A stretch of 64,000 bases of DNA from Octopus vulgaris (taxonomy: Eukaryota). The translations under genes and the position numbers were made by a program. This document shows, in pieces, positions 12,382 through 25,589 of this stretch (its first letter is position 1; every line of letters begins with the position of its first letter). Below the pieces are notes generated by a model that saw only the letters and a list, made by a program, of their open reading frames with translations, ran no database searches and had not been told where the DNA came from. The stretch spans positions 105,462,001 through 105,526,000 of the forward strand of contig OX597822.1 in assembly GCA_951406725.2 (NCBI GenBank), given 5' to 3'.

Positions 12382-13007
12382 TTGCTAGAGAATGCCCGAA
12401 ATTGGCACGATACGAATACAAAAGACTAAGTGACAGTGTGACAAGAATGATCGATTGGGAACTATGTGGAAATTATGGCCTATAAAGAGCAAATCGTGGT
12501 ACTCGTATAGTCAAATTGCAGAAGGAGTTACTGAGTATGTAGATTGCAAATTCCTGCGGGATGCAACGATTCAGTGATTATCAGACCAGACATCGGAAAC
12601 TTGACATTGTTGTGGTGGGCATAAAAGAATGACACTTGCATGATAATCGTTATAGCATGTCCCGGTGAAAACAGGATCAAATACAAAGAATAAGAAAAAA
12701 ACTTAACAACTACGACGATTTGAATTGGGAAATACGCAGGCTGTGGGCAATGAAAAGAATGTCAGCAATACCAATAGTCAACGGAGCGCTAGGAAGTATT
12801 AGCATTCAACTACGATCATGGTTCAAAAAGACTGGTACAAATATAAAGATAGGATACCGATAAAAACCATCATTGGTTGGAACTGCAATAGTTCTCCGTG
12901 GAGTTCTTCATGGTTGATCAGTAAACAAGTGCCACCTGAGTCCGCTTGCTGTGGACAGCTGACACTTTCCATCATACTCAGCAATATAAGCTGAGATTTT
13001 TCTTGAT
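12381..13007 (+). mobile_element. Older R4/Dong-like 3' fragment (different subfamily)
   Basis: Remnants ECPKLARYEYKR...DWELC, KLDIVVV and IPIVNGALG with stops and frameshifts. Flanked by (TAA)n. Confidence 0.7.
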
Positions 13008-13506
13008 ATAATAATAATAATATTAGTAGTAATAATAATAACAATGAGGACGATGATGATAGTCATAATTTTTTTTCAAATTTTGACTAAAAGGCCAGCA
13101 ATTTATGGAGTGGGAGAGGTGATATAATGTTGTCCATAAAATAAGTACTTGACTGATGCTTATGTCATCGACTCGAACGAATAAATAGCAAAGTTGATTG
13201 CAACATCATTTGCAGGAAAAATTCGGAAGACATGCCGATTAGCATTTAGTACGGAGTTTTAAATATTCTGCAGGATCGTCGTCTTAATAATTATAATGAT
13301 AAAAAGTGGAAGAAAAAGAAGTACAATAGTGAACAAGAAGGAGGAGGAGAAGAAGAAAAAGTAAAAAAGAAGAGCAACAACAACAACAATAGTGAAGAAG
13401 AAGAAGAAGAAGAAGAAGAAGAAGAAGAAGAAGAAGAAGAAGAAGAAGAAGAAGAAGAAGAAGAAGAAAGAAGAAGAACAACAACAACAACGACGACAAC
13501 AACACT

Positions 13507-13716
13507 CATTCTACTATAGGCACAAGGCCTGAAATTTAATTTGGGGAGTAGTCGATTAGATCGACCCCAGTTATTCACTGGTACTTAATTTATCGACCCC
13601 GAAAGGATGAAAGGAAAACGTCGATCTCGGTGGAATCTGAACTCAGAACGTAGCGACGGTCGAAATACCACTAGGCGTTTCGTCTGGCACGCTAACGACT
13701 CTGCCAGCTCGTTACC
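13507..13716 (-). mobile_element. SINE family B, alternative-tail variant
   Basis: Minus-strand head GAGCTGGCAGAGTCGTTAGCG...GTTCTGAGTTCAGATTCC, body TTTCATCCTTTCGGGGTCGATAAATTAAGTACCAG, tail CAGGCCTTGTGCCTATAGTAGAA. Confidence 0.8.
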
Positions 13717-13750
13717 TAAACAATAACAACAACAACAATAACAATAATAA

Positions 13751-13791
<41 letters not shown>

Positions 13792-14098
13792 ATAATAATA
13801 ATAATAATAATGATAATAATAATAACAACAGACTTTTTCTAAACCAGGTACGTGTTCATGACATTTAGGTGAGAGTATATTAGATTAAACTTACACTAGT
13901 ATTTGACTAAAACATATTTTATCGATCCCGGGAGAGGAAAAGAGAAAGACGAGACTAACGTGATTCACGCTCAGCACATAAAACGTAATCAATACCACCA
14001 GGCATTTTGTGTGCTGCGGCATCGCTGTTGTCGTGAAGTGACTTTATCAAACGGGGGGAACAATAAGAGGAGGAATAAAAGGCAGAAGTTGAGTAAGA

Positions 14099-14227
14099 CG
14101 TAGTAGTAGCAGTAGTGGGTGGTTGGGTGGGGGATTGATTAGTTGGTGGTGGTGGTCGTGGGGGGTAAGAAGAAAAAAAAAGAAACAACAAGCAGCAGCA
14201 ACAGCAGCAGAAGAACAACAACAAAAC

Positions 14228-14265
<38 letters not shown>

Positions 14266-14530
14266 CCAGCATCAGCAGCAATAGTTGTAGTAGTAGTAAT
14301 AGTAGTAATAGTAGTAATATTAGTAGTAGTAGTGGCTGTAGTACCAGCAGCAGCAGTAATTGCAATAGTAGTAGTAATAGTAGCAGTAGTAATATTAGTA
14401 GTAGTAGTAGTAAGTAGTGGTAGTAGTAGTTGTTGTTGTAGCAGCAGTAGTAATAGTAGTAGTAGTAAGTAGTAGTAGTAGTGGTAATAGTAGCAGCAGC
14501 AGTAGTAGTTGTAATAGTAGTAGTAGTAAA
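14099..14530. repeat. Compound (TAG)/(CAG)/(TAA) trinucleotide low-complexity tract
   Basis: Directly visible; source of the poly-T/L/V ORFs. Confidence 0.9.
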
Positions 14531-15870
14531 AGAAGACGAAGGGGAAGAAGAAGAAAATAATGATGGTGATGATGATGCTTGTGACGTTGTTGTATTGGTT
14601 TCGTGGTGGCGGCGTTTGTGATGATGATGATCGCGACAAAGATGAAGGAAAAAGTGAAAGAGTAGAAGAAAAAAGAAGGAGAGAAGAAGATAAAAAGAAA
14701 GGATGGGTTGTGTCCCCAAAATGGTAACAACAGAACAGCAACGTCTATGAAAAGCGTGATGTATAGAAACCCCGATGTTGACCGAACAGTATCATTTTAT
14801 GATTTTGTTGGGTGTTTTTTTTTGCGTCTAGGTGGAGTGTAAATTTGAGAGAGATTTCGTTGGTGTTTTCTAGCAGACTGAACGACCACGTAGAGGTTCC
14901 TCGTTGACATGTGACGTGTCAGATTAGATTTTTTTTTTTTTGTGAACGTTGCATAACTCGATTTACAATGTCGACACTGTCAAACCGTTATCGTTTCGTA
15001 CACAAATTTTTAAGAGTAAACATTAACAAGACAACCCTAAATTTCTCAACGATACTTCTAAATGGAATTGTCATATTTTATAGAACATTACTAAGCAAAA
15101 TAAAGATTGATATATGCAAGATTCTAAAGTGTTTTGCTCTTTGCTTTTGCATGATTCTATTCAAAATATATTACTCAGTAAACACTGTCTGTGAATGTTA
15201 GTGGTATATCTCGGTTATAATGTAGAGTATTTTGTGACCTTATTCAATATTCAATATTGCCCATGTATTAACATTCTTTGCATTTATTATTTATTACATT
15301 TATCTTCTTATATAAAACAGCTCAACTGAAGAATATCTGTATCATCTTCGCAAAGATTTCTAGTTCTTTAGAAGGTTATTATTCTGACCATACTACTGAA
15401 TATTTCAAAGTCTTAGCTATAAAGCTGTGTATTGCTGGCTTTACGGTGTGGTTCATAAAAATACCGAACTGTCTTCAGTTGTATTGTGTAAGAAGAAGAA
15501 AAAAAAACACACAAGCACACAAGCAAAAACCAAAAAGTAAACAAGCAAACAAAAGCATAGCTACACGTTTTCATCACCGACTTGATTTCCCAGTGGATAT
15601 CACATCTTCTTCAGATACAAATTTTGATTGGTATATTATATTAGCGGATTTATGGTGTCCACATTACATACGTATGCAAATAAGATTGATTAAATGCGGG
15701 AAATGGCAGCTTCGAGACAATTAGATGTAGATTAAGACTCTCTGAGTATATATACACACACATACATTCATACATAAATACGTATATACATAAATGTGTG
15801 TGTACATATATATAGATACATATGTGTACATACATACATACATTTATATATATATATATATGTATGTATG

Positions 15871-15911
<41 letters not shown>

Positions 15912-16068
15912 GCATATATTCATCATATATATATGCACATGTATATATATATTATATATATATATATATATATACATACATACATACATATATATATGCA
16001 TATATATGTGCACATACATTCATATATACATATCTGCTCACACACACCTATATATATTTCTATATAAC

Positions 16069-16131
<63 letters not shown>

Positions 16132-16403
16132 CTACGTATGTATATACATACAGACACATATATTATATATATACATATATATGTATATTTATAATATATG
16201 TGTGTGTATGTGTGTGTGCTCATATTCATGTATTCATGATACGGACATTATATATATTTATTATATATCTTTGTATACATCTGGGTGTGTGGGTGTGTGT
16301 ATGTATATGTAGATAAATATAAAAGTTGTATTTTTATTTCCATATATACATATTTGTGTGTGTGTATGTATGAATACAAACTATAATGCGTGCGTGCGTG
16401 TAC

Positions 16404-16442
<39 letters not shown>

Positions 16443-17280
16443 GTATAATTTACAAACACTATACAAACACAGATATCAGGATTTTTCTCTGATTCTGTCT
16501 CCGTGTCTCCGTAATTCTCTCGACCATTACACCTTCCACACACCATTTCTCTTTCATTCACTCTCTCTTTCACTCCTTCTGCGATATATATTGATACACA
16601 TTGTGAATAGATCTATATATTATGATTTCTGTATAACCGAATGTTCGATGGAGATTGAATTCCATAAACTTGATACCAAAGTATTTATTCTCTCTAGAAA
16701 CTGGTTCTGACTGAGTTTTCTTCCTGTTCGTTTGAGTTTGTCAAACCTCATTTCCACTGCTTTCTTTCCTCTACATCAGTTCTTGATAACAAATTGCATG
16801 TGAGATAAACAAACCTTCTGAGAATAGCACACATTTCTTTTATTAGAAACTTAACAAGCTTTACGTGTTGGTTTCAATATGATGTCCGTGATGCAACCAA
16901 ACGTACATGAGGTTTTCTAGCATCTCGGTAACGCAAGCCGTCAATGATACAGAATGATAAAATTGATGCTGCCTCCGTGCATTTATTACCCTGCAATTGA
17001 AATATACATGTAGCAGAAGCTAAGAAAGAAATATTAGCTTACGTAAGGTGTGATCACAGAAAATAGTGATTTGAAATTATAGTTGTCTCTCGGTTTACAC
17101 GATAGATTGGTTTCGCAAAACGCTGTGCAAATCCAAGTCATGTAAATCAAGAAAGATACGGCTTTCAATATTACTTTTGATAAAGGAACACAAGCAAAAT
17201 TTAAGAAGCAACAACCTATATGAGGATTTTATGTATTTAAATATACCACTGTCTCCATGTATATATACATATATACTCAA

Positions 17281-17500
17281 AATAAGCAACAAGGGTATCC
17301 AAGGTAGAGTGGTACAATCGTTTCATGCTACTTCATCTTATTAAATGAAGTAGTATAAAATAATTATACTACTCTACCTTGGATATCCTTGTTACTTATT
17401 TTGATTATTTTGATTATAATCACCCGATTTGGTTTATATGGATAATACCATACAAAATTCTGGTGTCTTTAACTTAAGTACCATATTCATCTGAATCTAA
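17281..17500. mobile_element. Fold-back remnant of a Naiad-family pLTR
   Basis: 17281-17335 pairs with 17343-17400. It shares GTACAATCGTTTCAT, TTATAATCACCC and GTACCATATTCA with the Naiad pLTR at 23911-24080. Confidence 0.6.
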
Positions 17501-17690
17501 ATTTTGCTGAATTTTTTTTCCTTTGTCCTTCCCATCTCGGGATGTTTCTTTCTCCTATGTTTCTGACGAAGAGCTCCGCTCGAAACGTCAAACCCTCCTT
17601 CTTCCTTTCTTACCTGAACGTCCAATAATACTTTATTTGTTCCATATCCTTGCGTTGTTGTTTTTTGTTTTCTTGTTTGGATTAACTTTA
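17500..17690 (+). mobile_element. Penelope-like pLTR containing a hammerhead
   Basis: Homologous to the reverse complement of 4862-4998. Ends GGATTAACT into (TA)n directly upstream of a PLE coding remnant. Confidence 0.8.
17559..17593 (+). ncRNA. Minimal type I hammerhead ribozyme (canonical core)
   Basis: gttt-CTGACGA-a-gagc(tcc)gctc-GAAA-C-GTC-aaac. Palindromic ACGT stem III (dimer type). Predicted cleavage after C17589 (GUC). Confidence 0.8.
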
Positions 17691-17714
17691 TATATATATA
17701 TATGTATGTATCTA

Positions 17715-18695
17715 CCCTATATGATCTTTCGCTCCAAAAATTTGGACCCCCATTCCACCAGTATATAAGATAAAACTGGAAAAGGTACCTAGACGATTGT
17801 TTTATCATCTGGAATGAAACCTATGATTAACTCTTGGATTTCAAATCCACACTGAACAATAAAATATTCAATTTACAATGCAATATAGCAAGGAACAGCT
17901 CCCATTTCTGGACATTTTGATTATAAAAAATCCAACAACCAAATTGCAACTGACATTTACTACAAACCAACAGACTCGAAACATTATCGCCTTTTCAGTT
18001 CATGCCATTCTAAACACCCCCAAATAAATATCCCATGCAACCTAGCTAAAAGGGTCTCTACAATTGTATCTGACGCAACCACTCGGGAACTTCGCCTACA
18101 AGACCTCAAAATAACACTCATTGAACGTCAGTACCCACCCGCACTTATACACCATGGAATTGAACGTGTCAAGAAATTGGACACAAATACTTTAAGAACA
18201 ACAAAACAAAACACCACACATTACTTTAAATCAATCCTATACATCTCAACCCGCAACCCTAGAAACGATGAAGCATAGAACTCTATTTACTCAACACATA
18301 CGATACCAACAGTAAAAAAATGCAGATGACCTAATTGCGGTACATGTCCACACCTAACTGAAGGCTCGGAATTCATATTCCAGCAAGGAGAAAATTTTTC
18401 AATTAAGACCACGTTCACATGTGCTTCCCAGAACCTTATCTATGTCCTAAACTGCTAAGGTTGTGGCCACAACTATGTAGGTCAAATGAGCCTTAATTTG
18501 AGACGCAGAGTCACGTTGCATAGAGAACAGATTCGTTTTCCTCAGTACAGGCAGATAGCGCATGAAATAAAACACCGAATTTCCATATCTTTCCATTATA
18601 CCAAATGCAAAGATTCAATCTTTTTACAAGAAGGCCTAAACAAGGAAAACATGTTCATACAAAAGTACACACTACAACTTAATATACAAACGTGA
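17715..18695 (+). pseudogene. Decayed Penelope-like element (Neptune-type): RT C-terminal half + Cys linker + GIY-YIG endonuclease
   Basis: WKRYLDDCFIIW (from 17777), IQFTMQYSKEQLPFLDIL, TDIYYKPTDS, SCHSKH, linker KCR*PNCGTCP, FTCASQNLIYVLNC*GCGHNYVGQ. Several stops and frameshifts. Confidence 0.88.
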
Positions 18696-18916
18696 CTTCT
18701 TCAAAAATTATACTGAAGAGTTAGTTGTCCCCCTTGCCACCTGTTACCTCCATTGTTCCTCTCTCTAGACTCATTCTTATTTTTCGAGCACCAAAAATGG
18801 TGAGACCCCTTTGTCGCAAGAATTGATTACTTCAAAATGTCCCTTGAAAAGCTAATTTAAATAGCGAAAACCCGAGAAATCTTAGCTGTCTTGTTCAGCG
18901 TGTGTATACCCACTCG

Positions 18917-18959
<43 letters not shown>

Positions 18960-18962
<3 letters not shown>

Positions 18963-19342
18963 CACAGGAGTGGCTGTGTGGTAAATAGCTTGCTTACCAA
19001 CCACATGGTTCCGGGTTCAGTCCCACTGAGTGGTATCTTGGGCAAGCATCTACTACTATAGTCTCGGGTTGTCCAAAGCCTTATGAGTGGATTTGGTAGA
19101 CGAAAACTGAAAGAAGGCCTTTTATATAAACGTATTTGTCTATGTGTCTGTGTTTGTACCCCCACCACCGCTTGCCAACCGGTGTTGGTGTGTTTACGTC
19201 CCCGTAACTTAGCGATTTGGCAAAGGTACCCGATAGAATAAGTACAAGGCTTACAAAGTATAAGTCCTGGGGTCAATTTGTTCGACTAAAGGCGGTGCTC
19301 CATCATGGCCGTACTCAAATTACTGAGTGAAACAAAAGAATA

Positions 19343-19343
<1 letters not shown>
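18960..19343 (+). mobile_element. SINE family A (full length)
   Basis: AGGCACAGGAGTGGCTGTGTGGTAAATAGC...GGTTCAGTCCC head, ending GGCGGTGCTCCATCATGGCCG...GAAACAAAAGAA. Embedded in (TA)n. Confidence 0.9.
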
Positions 19344-19428
<85 letters not shown>

Positions 19429-19511
19429 GTCTTTTTTGTGCGCGTGTGTGGGTGTGGAAATAGATAGAGAATGAAAGAAACGTGCTGAGGTGAGCGGTCC
19501 AATATGGCAAA

Positions 19512-19619
<108 letters not shown>

Positions 19620-20544
19620 GTTGCACTAATGTAGTGCATGAATGAAATGGAAATAATGCTGACTTAAAATTTGATAATCGTCTATCATCATCTTGGCCCA
19701 ACTTCGTGTGTATATATTTCTTTAAAGTGGTAATTAAATCATATTTTGTTTTCAATAACATAGTTGTTAGAATCTGGAGATTTCCTCTCTTAAGAAAGAG
19801 GTCATGGATCGTCTTAACATTCCAACTTTCATCTAACCCTGTTCTAGTAACCGTTGATTGTTAAACAAACTGATTTAGAAGCAAACAGATACAATAAGAC
19901 AGTCTTATAAACATGCTCTCTCTTGGAAAAAGTTCATATTTCATACTCCACAACGGAAAATAATACATTTCTGCATTCAATCTTCAAACAGAGAGAACTC
20001 AACTGATCTCTGAATGACGTCACTAAACGCTAAAGTAACACAGGACAGATCGAATGTCACTCTATAATCCTGATATAACGTTATTAAATTTTCTTTCTGC
20101 TTCACTTCATATGAGAAAGAATTATTAATAATTCGCTCTACACCACTGAAATCCCCTTTGTTTCCGGCTACTAGTCACTAACTGCAATGTTGAATTTCGT
20201 TATTTACAAAGTTTTCTGACATGAAAGTTGAACATCTAATCATTGATCACCTTTTGAAAATTTGATATCTTAATACATCGGCTTCAGAACTCCTACTCTC
20301 TTCATATAAATTACTCCATTCTTTTATTATCGCTGTAGAAATTTTGGTTCGTGTATTATATTAATTTCATGGAATTATATATATTTTGTTTTTAATCTTT
20401 TCATTTTGCAAGAATTCACTTCAGTAAAACTTGTTGCGTGATATTTGACAAAAAATTTTAAACAAGAAATTTTCTTTACATTTTCTTGAAGGGAATTTTA
20501 AAGGTGTGCTACAAGATCTTTCATGTATCTTTGACATGAAGGTG

Positions 20545-20787
20545 TTATGTGGTAAGTAGCTTGCATACCAACCACATGGTTCTGGATTCAGTCCCACTGC
20601 GTGATACCTTGGGCAGGTATCTTCTACTATAGTCTCGGGTTGTCCAAAGCCTTATGAGTGGATTTAGTAGACGAAAACTGAAAGAAGGCCTTTTATATAC
20701 ACGTATTTGTGTATGTGTCTGTGTTTGTACCCCAACCACCACTTTACAACCGGTGTTGGTGTGTTTACGTCCCCGTAACTTAGCGAT
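20545..20787 (+). mobile_element. SINE family A, partial
   Basis: Nearly identical to 18976-19217, sharing diagnostic variants such as GTCTCGGGTTGTCCAAAGCCTTATGAG. Confidence 0.85.
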
Positions 20788-21696
20788 GTAGATGAAATCA
20801 AATACTGAAAATGATTGTTAGTTTTCTTAATATAACTTCTTGAGAAAAATAGTCGCTCTACTTATGGATTTCCAGATAAGGATCTAGTTTTTCTCATTCG
20901 CAAAATGAACCCACCTTAGTTTTTCTGGAATTACTTTCAATTTCGGTGTATCGATGCAACTCTGAACTTTGATTATGATCAACCCATTACTTTATCTCTT
21001 AAATTAAAGAATCTGATGTTATTTGGAATTAAATTTGGGAAATTTGGGTAATTTTAGCCAATCAACAGACAGCGTGGCATTAGCAGATTGTTACCATGAC
21101 AACCACACGCTGTGTTGTGGTTCACTTTTGTCTGTACCGCTGTTGTCTACATTGATTTTTCACGCTTAATTCTTCGCACCACGAGGTTCTTTGCACCCGC
21201 GCCTTTTGTTTCAATTTTTCTGTGTTAGAATATTACATACCTTTCTGTGCTTGTGTGTGCTAGTATTTTTCTGTGCTTTTTTCTGAGCATTTTTCTGTGT
21301 GTTAGTGTTTTTACATATTTTTTTCTATTTCATATATTTTTGGAACTCATTGACTCTGATAGCTGGATTTTTGATTTCATTAGTTTAATTCTGTTCTAAA
21401 AAATTTTAATTAGGAGTATTCCTTAAACCGTTAGCTTCACACGTCAACACCTTAACCGATATTTAACCCACGTATCAGGAACTGAGCGGGATATCGCAGA
21501 ACAGAGAAACTGTGGGTGATATAGATAATTTCATATCATTTTTAAATTCTTCATGCAAAAGCGTATAATATACAGGTATTCTTTTTCTTGAGACAAATTA
21601 TTTGTTGACCAGTGTTATTTTTATTGTAGATTACAAATCCAAGCAAGAAAACGTTACTCAACTTTGGAGTTTTGGTGACAGACGCCCTTTCACACA

Positions 21697-21738
<42 letters not shown>

Positions 21739-22239
21739 AATGCATAAATGTACATATAAACTAATATATGAATACATACATCCACATGCACTTTACGTCA
21801 ATGACAGGTAATCATAATACAAAAATACGCATAACGTAAACACATGCAAACAAATATAGTAATATTACAAATGTTAAAAAAATAATAAAACCATACAATC
21901 AATGAAATGACAAAATAACCAATAAGGTGATATATGTTGATTTTATTAGGTATTTCTGTTTATTTAGAAACCTGCGATGAAGAGGACATTTCACTGACGC
22001 TAAACTATTAATTTCACAGGGTACCATCCTAAAGTTGACACCGCTTTGCTAAACGCAGAAAATTTCTGGCTCCCTATTAGCTAAAATTATACAGTCTTTT
22101 TCGATTTTTGAACCTCTGTAACATTTTTCTCCACAACATCATACCTTAAAAGCAACAAGACTGGAAAGCTACATTATTATAGCCGATTTTCAGATTTTTT
22201 TACTGTCTTTCAAAAAATCCCTACTTAATTGCACTTACA

Positions 22240-22661
22240 TACTCTTTCTTTTCCTCTTTTATTTGTTTCAGTCATTTCGACTGCGGCCATGCTGGAGCAC
22301 CGCCTTTAGTCGAGCAAATCGACCCCGGGACTTATTCTTTGTAAGCCCAGTGCTTATTCTATCGGTCTCTTTTGCCGAACCGCTAAGTGACGGGGACGTA
22401 AACACACCAGCATCGGTTGTCAAGCAATGCTAGGGGGATAAACACAGACACACAAACACACACACATACATATACATATATATATATATACATATATACG
22501 ACAGGCTTCTTTCAGTTTCCGTCTACCAAATCCACTCACAAGGCATTGGTCGGCCCGGGGCTATAGCAGAAGACACTTGCCCAAGATGCCACGCAATGGG
22601 ACTGAACCCGGAACCATGTCGGTTGGTTAGCAAGCTACTTACCACACAGCCACTCCTGCGC
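22240..22661 (-). mobile_element. SINE family A (full length)
   Basis: Matches 2647-3064 throughout. Confidence 0.9.
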
Positions 22662-23363
22662 TTGATATTAAAAAAGGATTATGTATGCAAATTGGGCTGA
22701 ACAAATACCGCGAGAGTGTCTTTCAAAGCATGACTTTATCAGTTTCCATGCTGAGCTGTGTGTGTTACTCCAACATACACCGTTGAAAGATATACACTCT
22801 AATATGAACTCATATTCACGAACAACTATAGACACACACAAACTCATCCGTCTACTTGACATGTTCAAGTTATACGGCTAACGACCTAATCATGGCTGCT
22901 AACTGGCAGATTCTACAAGTACGTAGGTGTTGAATGATAAAAGACGTCTGATAACAAAATTTGATGGCTGCATGCATAGACACGAACCACAAGCACTCAA
23001 CCACTAGGCTACATAAAAACAACTCTTGTCCACTTTACCACTGGACAGATTAAGCTGAGAAAATCACATTTTGAGATTGTCACTAGCCGTGTTCATTCAA
23101 CCGTGCAAGCCTTGATTTTCGGCTCCAAAAATATAATCGTATATATTAACGCAAGGACGTCGTGGGGAACCTAGAAAAATTTCTGAGATTACTAGTAATC
23201 CCGAGATCGCCCTGTACTGCTTTTGACAGATAAAATTCAGACAACCTTGACTATCAGAGTTTTGTCACTTGACATGTACACTCACCCGTGACAACTTTAA
23301 CAAACATTGTCACATGATGCTAAAGAATGGACGTGGCGGAGCACTTACAAAAATTTCTAAACC

Positions 23364-23470
23364 TGATCACGTGATCATCCTCGACCAATCACAATGTATC
23401 CAAAATAGATACTAATTTAAGGCATGTTCTCCCTATAAAAAACAAGGCAATTTTTAAATTCCAGTCAGAA
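23364..23470 (+). promoter_or_regulatory. Candidate Pol II core promoter (E-box palindrome, CCAAT, TATA, Inr-like)
   Basis: Perfect 14-bp palindrome TGATCACGTGATCA at 23364-23377, CCAAT at 23385-23389, TATAAAA at 23434-23440, and CCAGTCAG about 27-30 bp downstream. Confidence 0.4.
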
Positions 23471-23607
23471 GCAAGGCGTTTGCAGTATTTGAACTGTTAA
23501 AATTGAGAGATAAATATCAAATCGATTGGGTCTTTAAAAATATAAAAATAAAAGATCTGATGGAATCTCAGGGCACTTTCAACTTCTTATATATATATTT
23601 TTGTTTA

Positions 23608-23687
<80 letters not shown>

Positions 23688-23690
<3 letters not shown>

Positions 23691-23890
23691 ATGGTATGAC
23701 AACAAAAGAATGAATGAGACCTCGATATTATGTAAATAGAGAATTTATCTGTAAATTTAATATGAGACAATTATTCGCTTGCTATAATAAAACTCCGAGT
23801 GTCGGATGTCGGGGCGGAAATCTGCTCCGGCATCTCGTCAGTTATTAAGACAATCACAAGATGCTATGAAAATGACCGTTTAACAAAGGG
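23688..23890 (-). mobile_element. Older PLE pLTR end with degenerate hammerhead (23786-23846)
   Basis: Minus strand: aataa-CTGACGA-gatgccgg...ccgacatc-c-GACA(for GAAA)-ctcggagt-t-ttatt. The 3' end abuts (TA)n. Confidence 0.6.
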
Positions 23891-24061
23891 AAATATATAT
23901 ATATATATATACAAAAAGCAATAAAGATTCAAGTTAATTTAAATGAATTTACTTGAATATGGTACCTAACTTAGATGCACCAAAAAAAAACTATACTGAT
24001 TTAACAATACAGTAATATGGGGTGATTATAAGCGAGAATGAAGCAACAAGAATGGATAGGT

Positions 24062-24152
24062 TTTTAGTACAATCGTTTCATACAAGGACAGGTTTTATTA
24101 AAAGTTGCAAAAATTACAGCATATAAACGTGTCCCGTACTCATCAGCTAAAA
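24062..24152 (-). ncRNA. Type I hammerhead ribozyme (inverted pLTR copy)
   Basis: Reverse complement of 27968-28058. Confidence 0.8.
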
Positions 24153-24157
24153 TACAT

Positions 24158-25243
24158 GTGAGTTCTCTAGACATCCTAGAAAACCCTTCGGTAAGGCTGA
24201 TCTGTCCAACTAGGTCGGACATTGGCCGACTTAGTAAATCTATCTTGGATACTGTTCTACCCCAAATAACCCCTCTTCTCCCCTTAAACCTATGGCTAAG
24301 TACCGATGAAGTTCTAAAATGGTTTAACTCTCTAACTAATACTAGTAGTCTGTCCTTTATTCAGTTCGATATTAATAGTTATTACTCTAGCATTTCCCCT
24401 ATCTTACTCAACAAATCACTAATATTTGCCATGAATCGCTGCCTAATATCTAGAGAAGAAATCAATATTGTGCTACTAGCTAGGAAGACATTTATAGAAT
24501 TTGAAGATAAATTATGGACTAGAGCAGATACACCAAATTTTTTTGATATACCAATGGGTTCCAGTGATTCGGCTGAGGTAACCAACCTAGTAGGCACATA
24601 TCTATTAAAATGCATAAGCAAGGATATCCCAGAATTACAGGGGGGTCTATATAGGGATGATGCTCTGTTTGTTATCCCTAGTAATAATAAATCTGTTATA
24701 GAAAGGATTAGAAAGAAAATTAATAAGTTCTTTAGGGATTTCAACCTCAGTATAACGTATGAACCGGGCACTAAAATAGTTAATTTCCTAGATACTACGC
24801 TAGACCTTAACTCCAAACTACATTACCCATTTAGAAAGGAAGGTGAAATCACGAATTACGTAAATAAATTATCAAATCATCCCCCAAATATTATAGAATC
24901 TTTAGTAAGAAATATTTCATTAAGAATTTCAAAATTATCATCCAATAAGGATATTTTTAACTCCCATTCTGAGCATTATAATGCGGCGTTAACTAAGGCT
25001 GGATACAACCAAAAGATTACATTCGTTGATAAGGGGAACTCAAGTATTCCTAATAATGAAGTTATCAATAATCACGTAAGCAACAATAAAGACCAAGCCC
25101 GAAATAAAAGTAGAATTAAACTAACGGTAAACACTAGTCTAGCGTACAGGCCCAACAATTCAAATAGAAACATTGACCAGAACATAGGTAACTCGGATAG
25201 TATTGAAGTAGATAAACCTAAGATGCACACAAATAAAAATTAA
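24158..25243 (+). CDS. PLE reverse transcriptase, N-terminally truncated (first part of a single RT-EN ORF)
   Basis: NPSVRLICP, FIQFDINSYYSSI, FDIPMGSSDSAEVTNLVG, GGLYRDDAL, VNFLDTTLDL, YVNKLSNHPP; the LYRDD pattern is typical of Naiad PLEs. The first 7 codons come from the inverted pLTR, so the start is not native. Confidence 0.88.
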   Translation: MSSLDILENPSVRLICPTRSDIGRLSKSILDTVLPQITPLLPLNLWLSTDEVLKWFNSLTNTSSLSFIQFDINSYYSSISPILLNKSLIFAMNRCLISREEINIVLLARKTFIEFEDKLWTRADTPNFFDIPMGSSDSAEVTNLVGTYLLKCISKDIPELQGGLYRDDALFVIPSNNKSVIERIRKKINKFFRDFNLSITYEPGTKIVNFLDTTLDLNSKLHYPFRKEGEITNYVNKLSNHPPNIIESLVRNISLRISKLSSNKDIFNSHSEHYNAALTKAGYNQKITFVDKGNSSIPNNEVINNHVSNNKDQARNKSRIKLTVNTSLAYRPNNSNRNIDQNIGNSDSIEVDKPKMHTNKN

Positions 25244-25276
25244 AATAATGGTAATAAATACAATAACTCCGGTGAG

Positions 25277-25543
25277 ATGAATAGTAATAATTCTACGAAC
25301 CCTAAATTTAATAAAAAAGATATATTATGGCTGAATATTCCTTTCAACTGTGCGATACAATCGGATATACAGAACAAATTCAAAGTGATTCTGGAAAAAA
25401 ATTTCCCTATCTCTCATAGATATCATAGAATTATTTCTAGGAAAACAGTTAGGATTTCTTATTCAACCCTCCCAAATATGTCCACTTTAATAGCTAAGAT
25501 TAATAATAACAACATTAAACTAGCCAGGAAAGATAGAAATATA

Positions 25544-25589
<46 letters not shown>

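Noticed and set aside
15278-15724. 148-aa ORF
   Set aside because: Non-ATG start, AT-rich composition, no motif.
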